A DNA stretch of 64,000 bases from Octopus bimaculoides. Lineage: Eukaryota. Positions within the stretch are counted from its first letter, which is position 1, and each line of letters opens with the position of its first letter. The translations under genes and the position numbers were made by a program. Below the pieces are notes generated by a model that worked only from the letters and a program-made list of their open reading frames with translations, made no database searches and was not told where the DNA came from. The stretch spans positions 22,696,202 through 22,760,201 of the forward strand of contig NC_068998.1 in NCBI RefSeq assembly GCF_001194135.2, in the 5' to 3' direction. This document shows positions 1 to 10,500 of this stretch, one piece after another.

Positions 1-215
1 TAAGACCCCTGCCACCATCTGTGCGTTGTATATATAGCCTTTCTATGTCAGATTTTGGGTGGTGCATCCTATATCCTGTTATTATTTTTCTTGTTTTCCT
101 GTCTATTTTACATAGTTCGTTTAGTGTCCAGTTAAGGATGTTGTAGCTGTAGCTTATAACTGGGACAGCTAAAGTGTTGATACCCATTATCTTGTTTTTA
201 GCATTGAGCTCTGTT
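1..215 (-). mobile_element. R4/Dong-type non-LTR retrotransposon fragment (RT thumb region), 5'-truncated, runs off the window edge
   Basis: Minus strand reads NTLAVPVISYSYNILNWTLNELCKIDRKTRKIITGYRMHHPKSDIEKLYIQRTDGGRGL. Aligns to 44670-44884 with 6 substitutions by my count. Abuts the (ATT)n array at about 214. Confidence 0.85.
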
Positions 216-237
216 ATTATTATTATTATTATTATTA

Positions 238-289
<52 letters not shown>
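214..289. repeat. (ATT)n/(TAA)n microsatellite between two Dong copies
   Basis: Near-perfect triplet array seen directly. Confidence 0.95.
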
Positions 290-1075
290 CAATGAGTGAG
301 AGTCAAATGCAAGTCACCTCGACACTGAGGTACAAATATACCCATCATGTCCGCGACACATATGAAGATGGACCACGCATTTATTATTCAGTAATCTTAA
401 ACTTATGATGTACTTAACTGCCTACCGAGCACAGCTCTGTGTTCCTTGAATTGAAATTGCTTTACGTAGGATGTGTGCTATTTCATATATGTTACATATA
501 TTCGTAAGACTTGATGTTTTGGTTTTGCATTTTTCTGTACGTTTTTTAATCATACCCAATGCACCTATGAATAAAGGGATTGTTTCTGATTTTAGGATCC
601 ACATTCAGGCTATTACTATTTCCAGTTATTTGTATTTTGAGATATTCTGTTTCTGTTGAAGATACATTATCATCTATTGGAATGGAAACGTCGAATAGAA
701 GGCATTTTATTTATTTGTGATCTCTGACAAGTATATCCGATCTATCAGCTTTGATATCTCTTTGAGTATTGGCATATCTTACAGTACGGTTGCTTTGTCA
801 TTTTCTGAGACCTTACCTGGGATACGCTTATAGCCTCCTTTTCAGTTTTGGTATAGCCTCCAGTGTTTATTGTTCCAAACTCTGTCATGTCTGTAGATAT
901 ATTCCTTTTTAGACATGACTAGGCAACCCCACTCAACATGATTTATTGTTTCTCCCGCAGCACCACATATTCTGCATTCTGCTTTGAGACTGAAACTTTT
1001 CAACGATTGCTGGATTTTGCTTTGTCTATTTCTTTTCGGTTTATATTATGCTACTATTCACCATTTAAATAATAT
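290..1075 (-). mobile_element. R4/Dong-type retrotransposon 3' end: CCHC zinc knuckle, RLE endonuclease and 3' UTR (decayed)
   Basis: Minus-strand translation gives CRICGAAGETINHVEWGC...EYIYRHDRVWNNKHW (CCHC), DRIYLSEITNKIKCLLFDVSIPIDDN (PD..D-like RLE motif) and IPLFIGALGMIKK...AHILRK. The 3' UTR ends ctctcactcattg followed by (ATA)n. Confidence 0.85.
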
Positions 1076-1077
1076 CA

Positions 1078-1128
1078 ACAACAATCATCATCAACAACAA
1101 CACCAATAATAATAATAATAATAATAAC

Positions 1129-1200
<72 letters not shown>
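1078..1200. repeat. (AAC)/(AAT)n microsatellite
   Basis: Direct observation; it generates the poly-L ORF 1065..1424. Confidence 0.95.
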
Positions 1201-1229
1201 GATGATGATTTCATATATTTGCTACCAGG

Positions 1230-2752
1230 GCGGAGGTTGAGGGGGCAATAGAAAGACAGGCATAAGGTGTTGGTGTTTACATATACTGAAATGATAAAAC
1301 TATGAAAAAGAGTCAGTACGTAAGTACGTAAGGCCTGTATGGATAATCGAGGAACCCCACTGGCCGAGATTTCTCTGAAACCCCAGGAGCAAGTGCTCTC
1401 TCCTATTCTTTCTCTCCGACTCACAGGTCCAAACTCAGAGAGGTACTATACACTTTTGACATTTTCGCAACTTTCACCCACCTTTCAGTAATTTAATTCA
1501 AGGGTAGCTCTTCCAGCTCCACTCTCAATTTCCTTTTCAAGGGAAACTTGAAGAAGTCAATGAGAGCTCTACGAAAGAGGAATATATCTGTCCTCATGCC
1601 TTTTAGCCTTCTCCACCAAACAACCACTTTCGCCACAGGCACCGGACAAAGGAAAACTGCCTTGCCTGCTCGATTGAAGGAGGGTGGCGATGTGATCATC
1701 CCTGCAGACTCGGCTGACAGACGGTTCCGTCCCACACGTGACAGCAGCTGTTCGACATAACTCCACAAGTCAGCAACCTCTGGACATTAAACGAAGGCGT
1801 GCAGAATGGTTTGGTCACCGTCTCACAGCACACCGGTACCTGTAGAATTCATCTTGAACAGGTAGCGCCACCCGGTAGCACTGCCAAGCCAAAGACATCT
1901 GGAAATAATCCATGATAGTTCCCAACTGAAAAGTCCTCCGTGACAGATAAACCAGTTCAATCTCGTCGACGCCCAGAGTCTCCCGAGAACGTCCTCGCAT
2001 TAATACTCTATTAATTTCTATAGCGTAAATCTACCGATACCATTAACAGACTGGTAGACGGCTGTGAGCACCTCACGACATTCTAGGTGCCAGGCGCGTA
2101 GTTTTGGTATTTTCTTCACCCAAGATAGCAGCTCCATCAAGGAGACGAGCTGCGGAAAGACGAGACTCACAAACGGTGTCCACATACGCTCACTGTCCAG
2201 AAACCGTTGCAGGTTGCGTAATCTAAACGCGTGCCTGTGCATTAAGAACCACGGCATACCTAATCCGCCACTCAGAGGATGCTGTAAACATCGTCTGACC
2301 ACTGGAACATGTCCCTTTCACAAGAACTTAAATAAGAGATGCACTAACCTGGTTATGCAGTAAGCGGGACAAGGAACGACGGTGATAAATAATAACGGAG
2401 CCAATGTAAGCATTCACCACCTCTGCCCGACCTTTCAGGGGCAGCTTCCACTCAGCTCATTTCTGTGTAAGACTGACCACCCTATCCGGCACCTGGTCCT
2501 AGTTCTAATCAACAAGGAGATCGGGACCAGACCAAACCCCGAGCAGTTTAACTGGTTCGTCGTCCCAGCGACCGACGACGCCGTCCGGTGTCATCATGCA
2601 ACCTCTCTGGGAGTCCAACCGCAAACCAATCGATTTGTTGGCGTTGATTTTAGACCCTCCAATCGACTCATATTCCATTAGGATGGTTCCTACCGTCTCC
2701 AATTGGGAGGCGTCTGACACCTTGAAGGTGACGTCCGCGTATACCTACACTC
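1230..2752 (-). mobile_element. Tx1/L1-clade LINE, 5'-truncated at the RT catalytic motif, degenerate ORF2 C-terminus plus 3' UTR
   Basis: Minus strand: VYADVTFKVSDASQL (YADD-like), GSKINANKSIGLRL, PVKLLGVWSGPDL, LQHPLSGGLGMP, LAWQCYRVALPVQD, LWSYVEQLL, AKVVVWWRRLKG. These are typical L1/Tx1 ORF2 motifs in the correct order, with frameshifts. Confidence 0.75.
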
Positions 2753-2889
2753 CCCCTAATAATAAATCATCTTAACTATGCATCTGCTAAGACCTCAATG
2801 AACCTATGTGGTGAAAAAGAAAATGAAAACATCCTCCCCCACCCAAAAAATCATTGGCAAGAGCGAATACAATAACAATTTAACTTACT

Positions 2890-3830
2890 TAGGTATGCCA
2901 TAGAATGTTTAAAAGAGACTTTCAAACCAACAAAATTACGAACATGAAAGAACATGTATAATATGAAATCCATACTTGACATTGAAACCATTTTAGAAAC
3001 TATCAAGCAATAGTTATCAGCTAAAGCTGCCCGAATCGCACAGTATAAAAAGCGTGCTAGGCTCTTCAAGGACAAAAATATTCCAACAAATTGTTACTTA
3101 TAGATGTGTAAAATATCAGTTACATTAAAATCTCTTTCATCAAAAGAAGACATGCAGGAATTCTGGCTGCCATTCCTTCAGAAAATTCTGATCGCTATAA
3201 GAAAGTACAAACAATAATAAAATATATAAAACATGCCATAAATAAATGGCAAACAGTGCTGCAGCTCCTGACAAAAAAACTAAAGCTATCCCCATTAGAA
3301 AAAACAATATTCCAAGGAGAATCGCTCTCTGCACTCCTTTTCTGTTAGGCAATGACATCTTCAGCTGACATGCTGGACAGAACTAGATGTGTATATAACT
3401 GCTGTTGTAAAAAATGTAAATATCTCCTGCATATAGATGATCTAAAACTATACAGTTTTAGATGTAAGTAACAAACAACAGAGATTGCATGGATTTACCA
3501 ATGGAATAAACATGAAATGCGACTGACAAAAACGTGCCAAAAGTGCATTGAAAAGAGGAAAACTAGTTATGATTAACAGTAATGCACTAGATAAAGAAAA
3601 TGAAATAAGAGAATGAGACCAAACCAAGACATGCACATACTTAGGAAACAATGAGTAAAATACGGTACAAAACACCCAAATGCAAAGATAGAAAAGGATG
3701 CAATACTACAAATGAATTAGATTAATACTTAAACAGTGCTTAGAAAAAAAAACAAAAACAAAAAACAAAGATAATACTATCAAGTGCAAAAATTTCGATT
3801 GAACACAAAATCAATTAATCAAACTAGGCA
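2890..3830 (+). mobile_element. Internally deleted, decayed R4/Dong-type retrotransposon remnant
   Basis: ETIKQ*LSAKAARIAQYKKRARLF (about 2996-3070), YLLHIDDLKLY (3421-3453), a CAKxxxKRGKL-like motif (about 3530-3565) and a YLG motif. Confidence 0.65.
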
Positions 3831-4309
3831 GAGAAATAAGGAAAATAACGACGGAATGTAGAAAATACCGCCCAACATCTGATACAGGAAGTTTATCTAT
3901 AAAAGGAATGAAATAACCATCACCGGATGACATATATATATATATATATATATATATANNNNNNNNNNNNNNNNNNNNNNNNNNNNNNNNNNNNNNNNNN
4001 NNNNNNNNNNNNNNNNNNNNNNNNNNNNNNNNNNNNNNNNNNNNNNNNNNNNNNNNNNNNNNNNNNNNNNNNNNNNNNNNNNNNNNNNNNNNNNNNNNNN
4101 NNNNNNNNNNNNNNNNNNNNNNNNNNNNNNNNNNNNNNNNNNNNNNNNNNNNNNNNNNNNNNNNNNNNNNNNNNNNNNNNNNNNNNNNNNNNNNNNNNNN
4201 NNNNNNNNNNNNNNNNNNNNNNNNNNNNNNNNNNNNNNNNNNNNNNNNNNNNNNNNNNNNNNNNNNGATACCATGATAAAAGAACGGCGAGAACAACTCT
4301 AGGTAAGAC

Positions 4310-4338
4310 CTTCATCATTATCATCATCATCATCATCA

Positions 4339-4428
<90 letters not shown>
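4310..4428. repeat. (ATC)n(ATT)n compound microsatellite
   Basis: Direct observation. Confidence 0.95.
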
Positions 4429-4431
<3 letters not shown>

Positions 4432-4779
4432 GTGTGTACTGCAGAACACATCGAGCATGTTTTCGAACTCTGGAAGAAAGTTCAGTTCAATTGTTTATTT
4501 ACAACAGGATTGGTGCGAACATATTACTGGCTTTTTATGGTTGTGTAACCTCCAGAGGCTTGATTTTCGGCCCACCGAATAAACTCGGTGGTCGTTAAAT
4601 TTTAATGGAATCAATACAACTCAATAAGATGGCGAAACGCGTCTTGAAATGTTGAGAAAAAGCAAAGGAAACCCTCCTACCAATATGGGAATAAATGAAG
4701 TCTTACCTCCCCTTCCGTCTAACATGTGCAACAATACAGAGGAAGGGCAGTAGGGGAAGAACAATACTGTCATGTTACA

Positions 4780-4965
4780 AAGTACAACGAACAGTAACGA
4801 CAATAGTAGCAGAAACACTAACATTGGTAGAAATGACAACAGCAGCAGCCGCAGCATTGACAGCAGCCGCAGCAGTAGTAGTGGTAGCTAGAGCAGCAAC
4901 AACCACGAAAAGGAAAGCAAAAGCAGTGGCAATATAGATAACAGCTACAATATCAACAAGGAAAG
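4780..4965. repeat. Degenerate triplet low-complexity tract (GCA/GTA/ACA)
   Basis: Produces spurious poly-A/V/T ORFs on both strands. Confidence 0.8.
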
Positions 4966-5222
4966 CAAAACTGAAGACATACACTTTCCTCTTCGGTCAA
5001 TCACTCATCAACTTTTTCAGATTTCATTTGGAAAGGCAGATGACGGTGGAGAGAGAAGTAACGAAAATGGCACGTGTGACTTGACCTACTCTAATAATGC
5101 GCCTGTAGGCTAGTGATTTTGAGTGGTTCAGGCTTAGTAGGGTACCTGAGCCAACTTCAGGTGGTTACCTCCCCCACCCCTATTCGGGAACATTCATCTT
5201 TTGTTGGATATCATTGTGGTTG

Positions 5223-5225
<3 letters not shown>

Positions 5226-5298
<73 letters not shown>
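5226..5298. repeat. (ATT)n microsatellite immediately 5' of a SINE
   Basis: Direct observation. Confidence 0.95.
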
Positions 5299-5300
<2 letters not shown>

Positions 5301-5515
5301 GGCGGTAAGCCGGTAGAATCGTTAGTACCCGGGTCACAAACTTAGCGACATTACGTCAGTCTTTACGTTTTGAGTTCAAATTCTGCCAAGGTCGACTATG
5401 CCTTTCATCCTTTCGGGGTCGAAAAATTAAGTACTAGTTGAGTACTGGAGCCCCCGTAATCGACTATCTCCCACCTCCAAATTCCAGGTATTGTACCTTT
5501 AGCAGAAAGCATCAT
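5299..5515 (+). mobile_element. SINE family A (octopus-type)
   Basis: ggcggtaagccggtagaatcgttag...gagttcaaattc...gtcgactatgcctttcatcctttcggggtcga...aagtac; the same consensus recurs about 9 times in the window. B-box-like gttcaaattc. Confidence 0.85.
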
Positions 5516-5741
5516 TATCAGTAGGGTTATTACTACCTTGTGCATAATGCTGTGCGTCATTCCAAACAAAGATTTCATATATTTATACATATCGATCCCA
5601 TGACTTTTACGCGTCTCCTCAAGTAATTTTAATCCTGAAACTTTATCATGATTTCGAAGGCAATGAGACACGATATTTTGGATAAGTACTCTCCGAGTCA
5701 CAAGCATTTTCATATCTGTGTATATATATATATATAAATAT

Positions 5742-5788
<47 letters not shown>

Positions 5789-5790
5789 TG

Positions 5791-5835
<45 letters not shown>
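5742..5835. repeat. (TG)n microsatellite
   Basis: Direct observation. Confidence 0.95.
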
Positions 5836-5839
<4 letters not shown>

Positions 5840-6899
5840 ATATATATAATCATATTTAGGAAAATATAAAAATAGTAATATAAAACATATAAAAAAAGTA
5901 TGTTAAACCGTGTTAATAAACTTTTGTTGAAAATATCATTTTTAGATGTTATAGGCTACATAATATGTCACAGTTGTTAGATTGCTTCTGAGATTTATGA
6001 CTCACATTTAGTCGAAAATATGCAGTTGGAAAAAAATATTTGCAATTGTCATAATGTGTATAGGGTGGGAAATAATATACACTTCAATATTATATATATA
6101 TGTGACGAAAATAATATTCAGGAAGATTTACAACATTTATTAAAAGTGCAAATGTTATTTTTATAAAGGAATGACATTGCGACCGATATGGGAGTACTAA
6201 GAGTATCTTCATTCTTATTCACAGTTTAGATTTGGCAATACTTTACACAAAGTTTTTAACGTTATTTCCTTTAACGGTACATATTCCGTGCGGAATAATT
6301 TTGTAGTCATGAAATTTGAAAATATTAAGTAGTTTTCTTTTCTCGCTTCGAAACGTGCTGTATAAGTTGTCACGTATGATTAAATTTGCGAAGCTTTGTT
6401 ATAAGAAGTGGTATTGAAATGACCATTTCTAATGAAAAGATATTACCTCTCTCGCATGCAACATGTGGAAATCACTTAAATACTAACGAGAAGATAACGA
6501 CAATAATCGTATATATATGATATCCTCATAAAAAAATACTCTCCTAAATTTCCGTATTATTGCGCTGTCACAGGTTCATCAATTGTCCTCATATTAATCT
6601 TATTGCGGATGTCCTAATAAATATTTTGCTTAGTAATATGGCATCTCCACGTATTTTTATATTACACTACGTAATATCGTCTTGGAACAGTATACTAAAA
6701 TTAATACCACTCGCTGGCCTCAGTTCAGTCAATCTGATCACTAAAGTTGCAAGCTATATATTTCATTTAAGCTTTATTTACCTCCAGATCTCGCGCAGCG
6801 AATTGTAACGTATATTCGCTATTATTAAAAAATGAATTGTAATAAAATATACTTCTGCAAAATAAACAACGGTTGGGAACAAAGAAAAAATGAAATGAA

Positions 6900-7870
6900 A
6901 GTTTGCCTGAGTTTCCTAATCAAACTAGAAGTAATCAAGCGGGAGATTTCACCTAATACTGCGACTAAACAAATATTCACTGTGTGCACAAGTTTTTGTT
7001 TAGTTTGCAAGTATGACAGATTTATGCTAGTCTACATTATCGATGTCAAATATTCCTTCGATTTGAAATTTGCGTGGAGGATTCTCAAAGACCGTAAAAT
7101 AGATCCAAACATTATGCATTTCATGATAATAAAAGGCAATCAATGGATGAAAGTCTATTTGGGTTCTAAGGAAGATGTCTAGAGAATATGCATATGCCGA
7201 AAAAGCATCCATCTAATTTCATGATTCAATCTGTTGTTGTTCTGTAAATCGATTCCTTTTATTAGTATAATAACATGATATACAAAAGAAGATTACAAAA
7301 CGGAGGCAATACAATAGGAAGATGCACAAATGTTTCTTATCAAACTTCGTGTCCCTACTATTATACTATTATAGTCACATGTGTTTTAACACTGCATCCA
7401 AATCACAACTTTCTTCGTAAATTTCTCTATCCCATATTCTCGTAACAGCAATCTATCGACCAAAGTGTTAGGGCCTTTAAAGAGTTTTTAAGCAAAATGT
7501 GTTCCCAGAATGAAAATGCTGTTACATCTAGTTCTCACACACTACTCCATGTTGCCAATGAAAATAAGAAACATGTTATTCTGCTGTCTTGATCAAGATC
7601 TAAAAACAAGCAATCAGGAATGCCAAAAAGGAGTTGAGAGGAACAGATATCACATCGGATATGCATAGTTAACTCCATTATCATGTGGCTTTATGTGTTT
7701 CTGGAAGAAAAGAAAACATCGACGTAGAGAAAGCAGGTGATGAAATTTCTGCGACGTATGATTCTAGATTACATTAATGCCGTACTTTTGCTCAGAAAGC
7801 AGGAAAGAACCCAATGCCAAGAAGGAACTTTCAAATACAATTGGTTGAAAGATTATGCACTAGGGCTTAC
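6900..7870 (+). mobile_element. piggyBac-type transposase pseudogene
   Basis: 7140-7240 reads SMDESLFGF*GRCLENMHMPKKHPSNF (cf. piggyBac vDE.m..fkGR....ymp.Kp.k.G). Also NENKKHVILLS (cf. WxDxKxVxxLST), RRMILDYINA and PMPRRNFQIQLVERL. Many stops and frameshifts; no TIR/TTAA ends recognised. Confidence 0.7.
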
Positions 7871-8303
7871 AACTATTTTAAATAAAATGGGATCGCAGGT
7901 TTAGAACTACTTAAAATAAAATGGTATCTTAGGTGTATGAAAGATCCGACATTAAAATATGCAAGTTTTTTTGAAAAAAAAAATAATTTGGAAGTTTGAA
8001 ACCACAGAAATTGTGTTGCGTGAACAGAATATAATGTTATACCCACCAAGATGAAAGTAGCAAACATCGTGTTTGTGAACACTCAAGGGAGTGGCATTTG
8101 CTTGATGGCTTGTTCTGTCAGGTAACATTTAGAGAATTTGTACCTCTTGCTATTCAAAATAACCGTTTTGTTATCTTTAGAATTTTATTTCTGAGAAAGA
8201 TTTAGTAGAATTTTCGCAACAAAAACATATGCTGAAATCGAAAAAAATGTTTAATCCTACTGCGTGAAACTTTTCTTAGAAAATATACATTTTCTTGTAC
8301 ATT

Positions 8304-8343
8304 CGTCGCTGAAGAGCAAGATATTGAACGAAATAAACTGACG
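8304..8343 (+). ncRNA. Degenerate minimal hammerhead-ribozyme-like motif
   Basis: cgtcg-CTGAAGA-gcaagatattgaac-GAAA-taaac-tgacg: stem I (cgtcg/tgacg) and both core segments are present, but there is no U16.1-H17 cleavage triplet. Confidence 0.3.
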
Positions 8344-10127
8344 CAACACAAATTAGAAATATTTAAAGTAACGTAAAAAGTTTATTATCAAGAATTACGC
8401 AATGTCCTAGAAGATTGTGGATATAACTACTTAGGTTAAAAAATGAAAGTGAATGGGAAGCTGGTAAAAATTTACATTTTAATAATTGTATTGAGAAAAA
8501 TTTAGGAACCAAATACGTGCTTTATTCTTTGTGAATATTTCGCATTTGAAAATATATTATTTACTTGATTAATATTCGACAGACAATCTAGCAAGAACTA
8601 ACTTCGAATTCACCAGACAAATTTAAATATATATTGCACATTACAATCATAATAGCTTTCAAACTAGTAAAAATATGTTGCACGTGTTAATTTTATTACA
8701 TACATTTTTTACTGCATGACACTTCCAATTTTACAAATTTATACGTGCCCTTTTATCAGAACCTTCGTGATAGATTGTTTATCAGAATGGTAATCAATAG
8801 TTTCATAGGTGGAGTAACTCTAAAAATAACAGATTTATTTTGAGATTCAAAGTGTTCAAGAGTAGAGTTGGTGAATAATAAATCTAAAACATGATTTGTC
8901 TACTGATATAAGGTTCAAAGAAAATATATGAGAATGTGTCTCACTTATCAATTAGGCTTGTCATTAAAAACAGCGCATACCATCAGGGGATAGATACTTC
9001 TTTTTTCTTGATTCTTTATGGTGACTCAATGTATTTTCAAAAGGATTTTAAAATGTTTCCATAAGATCGTAACATGTACGAAATTATTTTGGTAACTCGA
9101 TGACTGCCTCATAGTATGAGCAAGCATAAATCTTCATGACTTATTTAAAGAAATATAATGCATCTTCTTCAGATCTTTTCAAACAATGCATCGTAAAAAT
9201 ACATAAATTGTTTTAATATAACACTTAGAACACATGCACAAAACAAAAGTATTTTGCATTTTATTACAAATCTCCATTTTATTTCTCATGATTTTAAAAT
9301 GCAATTTTTAAAAAATATTGTTGCAGAAAACCATGTTACAATTAATGTATATAAATCGCTTCTCTCAATTTTCATTCTGTCAAAAGCAATATATATTTTC
9401 TTACGTTCACAGCTAAACATGTAATTAATTATATTTACACCGAAGCTATTTCACATCATTGTGGTTGCCAGTTAATAATTATTATATTCATATATATTAT
9501 TTCATATAATTTATTTCATTTCTCAAGGATATATATGTATATATGCAAGTATATATGCATATGTGTGTATTGGTGTGTGTGTATGCCTTGTATATGAACA
9601 TACGCATGTATTTGCAGGTGTATTAATGTGAGGAGAAAAAATAGACGTCTATATAGATGCCCAGATTTCGCATGCGATTTCTCTGAATGGGATTCAGTTT
9701 AACAGTTCTTGCGATTCTTACATGCATATAGATAGTAGAACACTTTATATTGTCGACTAACACTAATGAACTATTGAGCAGCTCAGATTTGCAAATTGTT
9801 CGGTGTCAGATTGTCAAAAGCCTGAACGTTGGTGCACAGAGTACTAAAATCTTGCCTCGCACTCACGAGTCCATTTTAAAGTACACAATCTATAATCTCC
9901 AGAAGCATTTTCCCTTAGAAAACATTCATTCATATATTTGAACGCACTGTACTAATTACTTTCGAAAACATTTTATTAGACGTTAAATATATATTAATAA
10001 TATTTGTATAATCAAAATTAACATAGCAGGTTCTCAATTATTATCATAATCGACAGATTGTTTGTTTACTAATTTTTTTTACTCTGGAATGAATTGAACT
10101 ACAGAATTACAAATAGACATGATTAAT

Positions 10128-10500
10128 GTAGAGGCGTAATGGCCCAGTGGTTAGGGCAGCAGAGTCCCGGTCTTAGGATCGCCATTTCAATTCCCAGACC
10201 GGGCGTTGTGAGTGTTTATTGAGCAAAAACACCTCGAGGCTCCGGCAGGGGGTGGTGACGAACCCTGCAGTACTCTTTCACCACAACTTCCTCTCGCTCT
10301 TTCTTCATGTTTCTGTTGTACCTGTATTTCAAAGGGCCAGCTTTGTCATACTCTTTGTCACGCAGAATCTCCCCGGTCACGACGTTAAAGATACACATGT
10401 CTGTGGAGGGATCAGCCGCTTGCACGTTAATTTCAAGAGCAGGCTGTTCCGTTGATCGGATCAACTGGAACCTCATCGTCGTAACTGATGGAGTGCTACG
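10128..10500 (+). mobile_element. tRNA-derived SINE family B
   Basis: A box TGGCCCAGTGG, B-box-like atttcaattcc, then a body homologous to the minus-strand copy at 51619-51951. Confidence 0.85.

Noticed and set aside
4630-4650. GAAACGCGTC (and GAAACGTAG at about 23482) hammerhead 3' halves
   Set aside because: No CUGANGA with a matching stem I upstream.
6832-7182. 116-aa ORF as an independent gene
   Set aside because: It overlaps the frameshifted piggyBac relic and is better explained by it.
10128-10205. tRNA-like sequence (also 51875-51951 on the minus strand)
   Set aside because: A and B boxes are present, but there is no clean cloverleaf and the sequence continues into a repeated SINE body, so these are SINE heads rather than tRNA genes.
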